64,000 nucleotides of DNA from an uncultured virus (IMG/VR IMGVR_UViG_3300042520_001628) (taxonomy: Duplodnaviria > Heunggongvirae > Uroviricota > Caudoviricetes), in the IMG/VR virus record IMGVR_UViG_3300042520_001628; one strand, written 5' to 3'. Positions 7,578-16,439 of the stretch are shown here, one piece after another. The notes beneath the pieces were generated by a model that was not told where the DNA came from, ran no database searches, and saw only the letters and a program-made list of their open reading frames with translations. The position numbers were made by a program, and so were the translations under genes. Position 1 is the stretch's first letter. Each line of letters starts with the position of its first letter.

Positions 7578-8248
7578 TTAAGGTTTTTTAGCACTAGGGA
7601 TCTTTGAACTCCATCTTGTGTCGTATAATTTACGGTGATTGGTGATGATGGCATATTTTCAAAAAATTCAAGTATCTTTTGATAATATTCTACAGTTAAA
7701 TGATCTAAAAAATCTATAATTTCTTCTTTGGAAAAATTTGATGCTTCTGCTTTTTCATCTGGTGTTTCAAAATAAACAATGCAATTAGCAATTAAATCAT
7801 TAATATTTTTAGATAATTCTGATATATCATTTACTGTTGGATATTTTAATTTAATTTTTAAATTTTTACCAACAGCTATTATATTGTCTTGTTTTGGTAT
7901 ATTTAATTCTAATTTATTTAAATCAATTTCAACAACATGATTTTCTTTGGTAACAGGGCATGTGATTTTAGGCGTAATGATTTCACCTACAGATTTAGCT
8001 CGTAACTTTAAAAAACAATATTCAACTTCAAAAATTGGTATTTTTGAAAAGTCGATATTTTCATAACAAGAATTTAATACTTCTACAATACCATTATAAA
8101 TTTCTTTTTTATTCGATGTTTCTTCTAGTATTAATAATTTCTTTTCTTCTTTTACTAAAAAAGGTCTAAATTTAGTTTTTACTTTACTATATGGCAATGT
8201 AGTAATATAGGTTGGTAAGGAATCATGTAAAATATTTTTTAAGTTCAT
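7562..8248 (-). CDS. 26: Baseplate hub assembly protein gp26
   Basis: 'LPTY...KFRPFLVKEEKKLL', 'EYCFLKLRAKSVGE', 'LKYPT', 'FFENMP'. Confidence 0.9.
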   Translation of the reverse strand: MNLKNILHDSLPTYITTLPYSKVKTKFRPFLVKEEKKLLILEETSNKKEIYNGIVEVLNSCYENIDFSKIPIFEVEYCFLKLRAKSVGEIITPKITCPVTKENHVVEIDLNKLELNIPKQDNIIAVGKNLKIKLKYPTVNDISELSKNINDLIANCIVYFETPDEKAEASNFSKEEIIDFLDHLTVEYYQKILEFFENMPSSPITVNYTTQDGVQRSLVLKNLKDFFS

Positions 8249-8252
8249 TTAA

Positions 8253-8840
8253 TTATCCATTCAATAAATTATAAGAATTTCTATAAGCCAAAGTCATAAC
8301 AAATGTTGTGTATCCTGTATTTTCTGATGACATTTGTATTGGTAATAAATTTAAAGGATATGCTTCATCTAATAAAGTTTTTGATGTTATTCCACTATAT
8401 TCTGTTGCTTGGGAAGATCCAGAGAAAGTAGTGATATAAACTTTACCAACATAATCAAAATAGGTGTTTGCATTTTCAATGACCCATTCACTGTAGTTGC
8501 CACGTCTTACGATATTATCCATCCAAGCATCAAAGAAGTTTTTCTCAGCAAAATCTTCATATAATACAAAAGACATTGTTATTTCATCAAATTCGTGCTG
8601 AAGTGGAATTTTTCTTTTCGTCCCCCAAAGTGATGTTGGCATACCAGTTTCGTATGTCAGTAAAGCTCTTTGGGGTATATTTATTTCTGATGGATATGTG
8701 GTGTAAGAACCGAATGGTGTTACAAAATCAACAATATATCTATTGGCAAATTGAACACCACCTCTATTTACTACACTGCTTCTAAATTCATTTATTGAAC
8801 CAGCGATAAAATCTTCTGGTAATTCTGGATCTGGTATCAT
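8253..8840 (-). CDS. Tail-tube-fold baseplate protein (gp54-like tube initiator)
   Basis: 'INEFRS...GGVQFANRYIV', 'FDAWMD', 'EAYPLNL...MTLAYR' gp19/gp54-fold motifs. Confidence 0.65.
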   Translation of the reverse strand: MIPDPELPEDFIAGSINEFRSSVVNRGGVQFANRYIVDFVTPFGSYTTYPSEINIPQRALLTYETGMPTSLWGTKRKIPLQHEFDEITMSFVLYEDFAEKNFFDAWMDNIVRRGNYSEWVIENANTYFDYVGKVYITTFSGSSQATEYSGITSKTLLDEAYPLNLLPIQMSSENTGYTTFVMTLAYRNSYNLLNG

Positions 8841-9271
8841 AGGAGTTCCTTTTCTGTGAGAATTATGAAATTAATATCATTTTTTTCACAAAAATCTTTG
8901 GCTGCTTCCCATTTTGCTTGATTGACCAAAAAAGTTTCCATATTTTTTGAGTACGTTTTCTTTGACATGGCTTCTGTCATTATTGGCTGTTTTGTTTGTT
9001 TGAATGGCTTTACTTCTATAAGTAGAGTAGATATAGATCCATCTTTATTTCTTTTTTCTGCCAGAAAATCTGGTATATAAAAATGCATTTGATTATCTAA
9101 AGGGGATTTATATGGAATTTTAATATTTTCAAACGACCAGCGTAAAATATTTTTATTTTCATCTAAATATTTACAGAATTTACGTTCCCATAAGGATCTA
9201 CATAGTATTTTTGTAGAATCACCTATATATTTTGATTGATTTTTAGGGAAAAATTTATTTTTATAAGCCAT
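8837..9271 (-). CDS. 4: Head completion nuclease gp4 (TnsA-like)
   Basis: 'MAYK.KF.PKN.SKY.GD', 'RSLWER', 'YIPDF', 'IEVKP.KQT', 'NQAKWEAA', 'ILTEKEL'. Confidence 0.92.
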   Translation of the reverse strand: MAYKNKFFPKNQSKYIGDSTKILCRSLWERKFCKYLDENKNILRWSFENIKIPYKSPLDNQMHFYIPDFLAEKRNKDGSISTLLIEVKPFKQTKQPIMTEAMSKKTYSKNMETFLVNQAKWEAAKDFCEKNDINFIILTEKELL

Positions 9272-9290
9272 CAAAATATTTATTCAAAAA

Positions 9291-10115
9291 ATGCTAGTCC
9301 AACAAATATATCCACAAAATCCAAAATTGCAATCTGAAATACCCCTGTGGTTAAAATTCAGATGTTTTGAATATCAAGGGTTCGTCGGTAGGCAAACAGG
9401 AACTTTTGCTGGTGTTCTACCAACACCCCCAAATCAGTTGGGTTTAATTTATGTACCAGCTCCACAAGAATTGGTTAGTGGTGTTCAAAATAATTATAAA
9501 GAGATAGGTGTAAAGGATATTTTCAATGCTGTAGTATCTCCTTTATCAATGGCTCCTCTTATTGGTAAAAAAATAAAAGCAGTTGCTGACTTTGTACAGG
9601 CAGTAACAACATCTGCTGTTACTCTTTCGTCTTATTTTGGGGGTATAAGTCCACCAGATTTTAATGATAATATATTTGCTGGAAGCAGTAAAAGAGTTTA
9701 TTCTTTTAATCTAGTTTTCCCATGTCTAACTGATGAAGATAGCTTTGCTGCTTTTGCTGTAGGTAGATCATTTGAGGCTCTTAGTGCTCCTTATGCGTCA
9801 AGAGTTCCTTTTATATTCAAACACCCACCAATGTGGTTATTTGGAGTCGGTCCTGGTACTGGTCCAGCTATTGATTTTACTTGGTTAACTGATCCACAAC
9901 TTAGTGTTTTAACAAATGTTGCTGTGAATAGATCTGCTCCAGATAAGGGTTCTTATGCTGTTCTGACACAATATGGCTTAAAACCATCAGTTACCACAGT
10001 TAGCTTACAGTTTGTAGAAATAGAACCTGTTTATAGAGATGTTTTGAGTCTAGTTTCAAGATCACAGGCTTTACAACAAACAGGAATATCACAGTTATTT
10101 GGGGGAACACCATAA
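9291..10115 (+). CDS. 48: Baseplate tail-tube cap gp48-like
   Basis: 'FAGSSKRVYSFNLVF', 'FKHPPMW', 'VLTNVAVN', 'SLQFVEIEP'; upstream of gp53. Confidence 0.7.
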   Translation: MLVQQIYPQNPKLQSEIPLWLKFRCFEYQGFVGRQTGTFAGVLPTPPNQLGLIYVPAPQELVSGVQNNYKEIGVKDIFNAVVSPLSMAPLIGKKIKAVADFVQAVTTSAVTLSSYFGGISPPDFNDNIFAGSSKRVYSFNLVFPCLTDEDSFAAFAVGRSFEALSAPYASRVPFIFKHPPMWLFGVGPGTGPAIDFTWLTDPQLSVLTNVAVNRSAPDKGSYAVLTQYGLKPSVTTVSLQFVEIEPVYRDVLSLVSRSQALQQTGISQLFGGTP

Positions 10116-10116
10116 A

Positions 10117-11106
10117 ATGTATTTCAATCCCTTTCCAAAAACAGAATATACTTTAGGAAGTAAAACTGAAAGTGTTGTTGATATTTTCAGAAAAGTTGCT
10201 ATTTCAAAATACAATACAGAATCTATTTTTACAGAAGAGTTAGTTTCTGACGCTGACAGTGTAGAATCATTAGCAGAAAAATATTACGATGATGCAGATC
10301 TATCTTGGATAATTTTATTAACAAATGATATCGTTGACCCAGTTACTGAATTTTGCTTATCTACAAAAAATTTTGATTCCTTAATTAATACAAAATATTC
10401 AGGATCTATTTTTTACTTTGAAGAAAACGTACAGTTACAGCAAGGGGATATCCTAATAGGATTAAATCGTGCTGCTCCATTTTTAGATCCGTATCCACTT
10501 GATACGTTACCAGAAAATCTTATTTCTGGTGATTTGGATACCAGCAAATATTGTTTTGTAAATTCTTATAATAATGAATTTAGATATGCAAGAATTACAA
10601 ATATAATAGGAACATTTACAACTTCAACTGAATTCGCTGCTTATAGAAAAGTAAATAATAAATTACAATTAATTACTTTTATTAAAAAATTTACCGAAAA
10701 TACGGAAGAACAAAATGCTTTTGTTTTGCCTATAAAATTAATTGATGACTATTATAATGCTCCTTTGTATATTTACAATGAAACAAATCAAATAATATCT
10801 CCTTATAGAAGATATGATGGATCTCTAGGAGATGATTATATTTCATTAGAATCTTATGGAAGTTATACAAGTTCTACAGATACAAATGCATTTAGGTCTT
10901 CATTATTATATCAAGGGATAATGTCAAATACTAATATTTCTGGATTACAAACTAAAACAATAATACAAGATTTGACTGATAAAAATGAGAAATTTAGAAA
11001 AATTAAAATATTAAATAAACAATTTCTTGTTCCATTCATAGAAACATTTAATAATATGATATCTAATGATGATATACGATTTAGAGTAATTTCAAAAGAG
11101 AATTAA
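10117..11106 (+). CDS. 53: Baseplate wedge protein gp53
   Basis: 'MYF..FP..EY', 'DIFRKV', LysM-like 'ESLAEKYYDDADLSWIILLTNDIVDP', 'NEKFRKIKIL'. Confidence 0.85.
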   Translation: MYFNPFPKTEYTLGSKTESVVDIFRKVAISKYNTESIFTEELVSDADSVESLAEKYYDDADLSWIILLTNDIVDPVTEFCLSTKNFDSLINTKYSGSIFYFEENVQLQQGDILIGLNRAAPFLDPYPLDTLPENLISGDLDTSKYCFVNSYNNEFRYARITNIIGTFTTSTEFAAYRKVNNKLQLITFIKKFTENTEEQNAFVLPIKLIDDYYNAPLYIYNETNQIISPYRRYDGSLGDDYISLESYGSYTSSTDTNAFRSSLLYQGIMSNTNISGLQTKTIIQDLTDKNEKFRKIKILNKQFLVPFIETFNNMISNDDIRFRVISKEN

Positions 11107-11107
11107 T

Positions 11108-14100
11108 ATGGCTGGAAATTTTCCATTTGCGACAGAATCATTAAGTTCGCTTAAAATAGTAAAACCTGATGGCGAATCATTAGATATAATTCCTTGGGAT
11201 ATTGGGACTAATCCACTAATTGCTTTTAGTTTAAATGAGAGTATGTTTTCTCCTTTAATGACAGGTACATTAGTTATCCGTGATACTGGCGAATGGTTGC
11301 GAACATATGGCGTAAGGCCAAATGATGAAATTCATTTCAATTTAAATGCAAAAACTGTATCAGGAACTTTAAATAGAGATCGAAATGATTCTTTTATTAA
11401 AAATTATTCTTTAATATTCGAAGTCACAAATGTTAAAAATACTGTAACATTATCAACTGATGAATTTCAAAATTCATCAGAGACTATTAAAGCACTAACA
11501 ATAGAATTTATTACAAAAAGTATTTTAAATAAAGAATTTTTATCTTCTGTATTAGATAATGAAAATTTTATAGGATACATTTATTCAGATGAACCTGATA
11601 CATTTCAATTATCTGGATTATCTGGACCGAGTGTTGAATTAAGGGGATTTAATTCTTATCTAAAAGAAAAATTTGAAATTGAGATAGATGGTGATAAGAC
11701 ATGGAACTATTGCTATCTTAAAAAGAACAATGTTTCTTATCCATGGGGTAAAATTCAAGGACAACAAACTCTTTTACAAACTCTAGAATATTTGGCTGAA
11801 AATGCTGTTAATTATGATAATAATGCAGCTGTTAATTATGCATTCTGGCAAGATTTACATGGATATCATTTTAAATGTATTGATTCTTTAATAAAAAATA
11901 ATACCACATCAGAAGATTTTGTATTTACTATCGGAGAAAATCAATTTTCACCAAATAATATTCATGCATTTGAAACAGTAACAGAATTTGATAATTTAAA
12001 ACTTTTAAATTCTAATGTTTATTATTCTTGGTATGAAAGAATTCTACCAAATTATGCAGATCCTTATTTGGATTTTATTGATACTAGTCTGGGTCTAACA
12101 AGACAAAATATAATATTTGATATTCAAAAAGAATATGATAAGTTTTCTCATATTGAAACTAAATCATTAATTCCAGAAGGTCTGACATTTACATTGTCTT
12201 TATCACAAAGCCAAAGAATCGATGATGATATCTATGGTTTTTATTCTAAAAATAGATATAACACACCATTCCTGCAACCATGGGAATATTTGGGACTTTC
12301 TGCGGATACCAGATTATCGAATGTAGTTTGGCAAAATCAGTTTGATTTAGATGATGAAGTTTATCCAGAAATTTTGTATGCTTACGATAAATTAATAAAA
12401 AAATCTTTAATAACAAATAGAGAAAAATATACTAAATTAAAAAATGCTAAAAGAAAATGGGAAGTATATAGATGTTCTATTTGCTGTATGGATCAAATAG
12501 GCGGTACAGCAGATCAAGCCATACTGAAAAATCTATCCTCAGAAAATCCAGACTATCTTTATTATTTTGGTGCTACTGGAATTTTTAAAGATTTTTCAAC
12601 TGATTATTCTATTGTTGCTGGTGGAGCTTTCTCTGATGTTGTTAATTATGATATGGGAGTGACTTCTGGTAATGGATTGACATTATCATATGATATGAAT
12701 TCATATCCATATAATCAAACAATAGCAGAATTCTACAATTTAAAAACAGGTACTGAAGATATAGACCAGACTGTTAATAATGCTCTGACAAAATATGTAA
12801 ATGAATTGGATGAAATTCAATTACTTATTCCTAGAATTGAAGAATTTATCGCTAATGTTGATTCATGGATAGTAGCGGCAACGGAATTAGCATATCAAAA
12901 TTTAACACCAGATTTTAAGAAAACATGTGGTAAAGATCCAGAGCTTGATTATCAGGGTCCAGGTAGTGGAAATATTTGTTGTAATAAAAGTCCATTAAAC
13001 GGGTATTGCGATTTATCATTTTTTGGATATCCTAGAGCTGGGGTTGCTGAGTTATATTATAAAAATTCTCCTTATGGTTCTGGATTTTTAAAATGGAACT
13101 TTGATACAACACAGTGTGATGTTGCTAGACTACCTTTATATGTTAATTTAAGATATAATGATGCTACAAGACCTCTTGACTTCTCTGGTCACTGGGAATC
13201 TTTAATTAATCCAGTATTTTATGAAAATGATAATGATCAATATCCTTGGTATGTCACTGCTCTTGGTAGAGATTTAGGCTGTGAAAGTTTAGTTGATGGA
13301 CCATTGGCATATGAATTACCATTCATAAAACCAGATTTTCTTTATACTTGTACAAAGACAAAATTACTTAAAGGTAAATATTTTTCTACTTTTGAATATG
13401 GTGAAATAAAAGAATTTACTAGTCCTAATTGGTTAGATGAGCAATTTTTAAATGGTGTTGAAAATGGAACTATATGGTGCGAGACTTGTTTAGATCCACT
13501 AGCCTTACAAGCAGCTAAATTTGAATATATTAAAATTCTCAAAGAACTCAAATTAAGAAAATTTGTTATTGATGAATTAATAGCAAAATTAACTATTCTC
13601 CAAACAAAATATAGACAGGTATATCAAGAATATTTAAATAGAAAAGCATTCTTTATATCGAAAAATCCATTTGATAAAGAAGCTGTTGGTAATATTTTGA
13701 ATAAAAAATCTAGTTTATCTTTATTCAATATAAAATCTATAAAAAGAAAATCAATTCGTGGGAGTAGATATGAAGTTCTCGGAAAGCGAATGGGTATAAC
13801 CAGTGGTATTTCCAGTTATGTTTATAATGTATATTTTGATGATAACAACACAAGAAATACAGGTATAACAGGAAATCATCCATACTACGATCAAAAATTT
13901 AAAGGTTTTAGTTATGGTGCATATGCATCTAAACCTGGTTTTAATACATTTAAATTAGATTTTGCTGATTTAGTTTATTATGATAATAATCTTACTGACA
14001 TAACAGATTTATTACCATCTCCAATGGGATTAGATCCAGTTCCAAATCCAATACAAACTCCTGGTTATTTGATATACGATTCAATTAATTTAACATATCC

Positions 14101-16039
14101 GACAGGATTTAATAGAGATTCTGATGGATCAATATCAGATTATATTTCGCCACAAACCTTATCAACATTAACTAATCAGTTAAATGTATTTAATGATAAT
14201 GCTAGTAAAATACCTTCAATAGAAAAAGAAAAAATTAGCTCATATGTGAGAATAGAATTTATAAACCCAATTGGATTAGATAAATTATCAGATTTCCCAT
14301 CTGGATTTGTTCGTGATGCTGGATCAGAATATTTCTTACCATATCTAGTGCAATTAACAGCTGGTCCTAATGGAAGACAAACAATACAAAATAATGTTGC
14401 TGTTATTGGTATTGATCCCTATGGATTTGATGTGGCAATAAAGAAGAATAAAACAAAAAATAATTACTCAGATTATAAAGAATGGGGTAATTATTGGTGG
14501 TATACTCCATTAAATAAATTGAGACTTTCTACAAAAACAAAAGATATAAATGACATGTCTTTATGGGCAGAGTCTTCTTTCGAAAATGAAAAAACATATT
14601 ATGAAAATAATGGAGAATATGTTTACAACGTGGGGGAAGATTTTACTGAATTTGATAATTATTCTGGGGCAGTAAGTCCTATTTTCGATAGATTTTCATC
14701 ATATGAATATGGTGCTTTTTATCCAGTATATGAGGGTAATGATTATTTTAATTCATTAAATAAAGCTGTTGATAATATTAATAATAATTCAAAATATTAT
14801 ATTCCAACAGATTCTAACTTCCGTACACTTTTTGGAAATACTACTGTCGAAATTAATAAAATTACTGATATTAAAAATATTAATCATGCAAGATATGGTT
14901 CTTATAACCTGATTGGTTCACATTTACATTATAATGTAAGAAGAAGTTGGTATGATTTTGTCTATCCATCTAAACTTTACTTTGATACTGTCTTAAGTAA
15001 TATTGCAAATATCAATAATTTAGCGGATAGATTTAATTATATAAAAACAGAAACAATAATTAATAGCAACGATATTATAGCTTTTGGTGGAAATGATTTC
15101 ACACAAAGTTTACAAAATTCTATAGCCCTTAAAGATACAACTGCGCTTAGAACATTTTTGAATCAAAATGAAATAACAAACTTGCATTTGAACAATCTTT
15201 TTGATATTGAGCAAATGAATCAAATTAAAGGATTGACTTCTTCAACCAGTATCTTTACAGATGATATTGAACGATACTTGAGTGGAGATCTCTTCATCTA
15301 TAGACCAGGATTAGTCACATCTCAAGTATGGTTATATGATGTATTTGGTGAATCAGAATATGGATTAACTTCACCACCAACACTACCACCAGAATATGAT
15401 TTATTTGATAACAATTTTGCTGCTCAGTTTGTAGTATTTGGTAAATCTTCTGGTTCTAACATCTGTAAGGATTTAGGTTTAAAGTGTTTAAATCCTAAAG
15501 GTAAAACAGATAATTCTAATTGTGAACCAGATGATCCATACTGTAATTGCCCATCCAAAAATCTCATACCAAAGGAACAAGAACCATCTTATAAAGAATT
15601 GGCAATTGCCTATGAGAATACAAAAGAATGCAAATTAATCACCGATATCCTGGGTCCAGATTATCTCGGTTGTATGCTTTCGGATCCAGAAAATACGGCT
15701 TCATGTAATTGCCCAGAGCAAGGTAAATATTATCCAACATTCCTCAATACTCTGAGATCAAATGCAACTTTCTACGTAACTCCACCAAAAACTCCACTGA
15801 GAAGACAAGCTCAGATGTCTTTAATAACTGCACAACAGGCGGTAATGACGATATACCCCAATGATGCTCTAAAGATTGGTGATATTATTACAGTAAACAG
15901 AGGTTATGGTATAGGTGGTAAAGATAGTGTTAATGGTAAATGGATGGTTACTGGAATCAATAGAGTCTTCAAATCTATTAATGTTGAACTTATGGTTGTA
16001 AACCTAGCAAGAGATTCAATAAAAGATCAAATAATATAA
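11108..16039 (+). CDS. Giant baseplate hub (gp27/late-control-D-like termini) with a very large insertion
   Basis: N-term 'NESMFSPLMTGTLVIRDT' and 'YAFWQDLHGYHFKCIDSL'; C-term 'LKIGDIITV...NGKWMVTGINRVF...LARDS'; between gp53 and gp25. Confidence 0.6.
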   Translation: MAGNFPFATESLSSLKIVKPDGESLDIIPWDIGTNPLIAFSLNESMFSPLMTGTLVIRDTGEWLRTYGVRPNDEIHFNLNAKTVSGTLNRDRNDSFIKNYSLIFEVTNVKNTVTLSTDEFQNSSETIKALTIEFITKSILNKEFLSSVLDNENFIGYIYSDEPDTFQLSGLSGPSVELRGFNSYLKEKFEIEIDGDKTWNYCYLKKNNVSYPWGKIQGQQTLLQTLEYLAENAVNYDNNAAVNYAFWQDLHGYHFKCIDSLIKNNTTSEDFVFTIGENQFSPNNIHAFETVTEFDNLKLLNSNVYYSWYERILPNYADPYLDFIDTSLGLTRQNIIFDIQKEYDKFSHIETKSLIPEGLTFTLSLSQSQRIDDDIYGFYSKNRYNTPFLQPWEYLGLSADTRLSNVVWQNQFDLDDEVYPEILYAYDKLIKKSLITNREKYTKLKNAKRKWEVYRCSICCMDQIGGTADQAILKNLSSENPDYLYYFGATGIFKDFSTDYSIVAGGAFSDVVNYDMGVTSGNGLTLSYDMNSYPYNQTIAEFYNLKTGTEDIDQTVNNALTKYVNELDEIQLLIPRIEEFIANVDSWIVAATELAYQNLTPDFKKTCGKDPELDYQGPGSGNICCNKSPLNGYCDLSFFGYPRAGVAELYYKNSPYGSGFLKWNFDTTQCDVARLPLYVNLRYNDATRPLDFSGHWESLINPVFYENDNDQYPWYVTALGRDLGCESLVDGPLAYELPFIKPDFLYTCTKTKLLKGKYFSTFEYGEIKEFTSPNWLDEQFLNGVENGTIWCETCLDPLALQAAKFEYIKILKELKLRKFVIDELIAKLTILQTKYRQVYQEYLNRKAFFISKNPFDKEAVGNILNKKSSLSLFNIKSIKRKSIRGSRYEVLGKRMGITSGISSYVYNVYFDDNNTRNTGITGNHPYYDQKFKGFSYGAYASKPGFNTFKLDFADLVYYDNNLTDITDLLPSPMGLDPVPNPIQTPGYLIYDSINLTYPTGFNRDSDGSISDYISPQTLSTLTNQLNVFNDNASKIPSIEKEKISSYVRIEFINPIGLDKLSDFPSGFVRDAGSEYFLPYLVQLTAGPNGRQTIQNNVAVIGIDPYGFDVAIKKNKTKNNYSDYKEWGNYWWYTPLNKLRLSTKTKDINDMSLWAESSFENEKTYYENNGEYVYNVGEDFTEFDNYSGAVSPIFDRFSSYEYGAFYPVYEGNDYFNSLNKAVDNINNNSKYYIPTDSNFRTLFGNTTVEINKITDIKNINHARYGSYNLIGSHLHYNVRRSWYDFVYPSKLYFDTVLSNIANINNLADRFNYIKTETIINSNDIIAFGGNDFTQSLQNSIALKDTTALRTFLNQNEITNLHLNNLFDIEQMNQIKGLTSSTSIFTDDIERYLSGDLFIYRPGLVTSQVWLYDVFGESEYGLTSPPTLPPEYDLFDNNFAAQFVVFGKSSGSNICKDLGLKCLNPKGKTDNSNCEPDDPYCNCPSKNLIPKEQEPSYKELAIAYENTKECKLITDILGPDYLGCMLSDPENTASCNCPEQGKYYPTFLNTLRSNATFYVTPPKTPLRRQAQMSLITAQQAVMTIYPNDALKIGDIITVNRGYGIGGKDSVNGKWMVTGINRVFKSINVELMVVNLARDSIKDQII

Positions 16040-16047
16040 TATAAATA
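16040..16047 (+). promoter_or_regulatory. T4-type late promoter
   Basis: TATAAATA 5 nt before the gp25 ATG. Confidence 0.8.
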
Positions 16048-16052
16048 AAAAT

Positions 16053-16439
16053 ATGAAAATATTCAAAAATGTCTATTCTGATATTCCGATGTTTTTCAGT
16101 AAAAATAGTTTTACTGGTGATGTAAATTTGAAAAAAGATGGTGCAGCAATCAAAGAATCAATAAAGAATTTGATTCTTACTATAAATTATGAAAGACCTT
16201 TTGATGTTGAATTTGGAACTCCAGCTGCAAATGGTTTATTTGAGAATCAGTATGATTTTAGTTTTTATGTAGAAAATGCCATTGCAGCTGTGATAACGAG
16301 ATATGAACCAAGGGTAGAATTGAATACAATAAATTCTACTTTTAATACTGATAAGACTGTTTCGGTTGATATTCGATATACAATAAGAGAATTTAAATTA
16401 GAAGACAGTATGAAGTTAATAGTAGAAAGAGCCAGATAA
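16053..16439 (+). CDS. 25: Baseplate wedge protein gp25
   Basis: 'YSDI', 'AIKESIKNLILT..YERPF...FG', 'ITRYEPRV'. Confidence 0.93.
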   Translation: MKIFKNVYSDIPMFFSKNSFTGDVNLKKDGAAIKESIKNLILTINYERPFDVEFGTPAANGLFENQYDFSFYVENAIAAVITRYEPRVELNTINSTFNTDKTVSVDIRYTIREFKLEDSMKLIVERAR

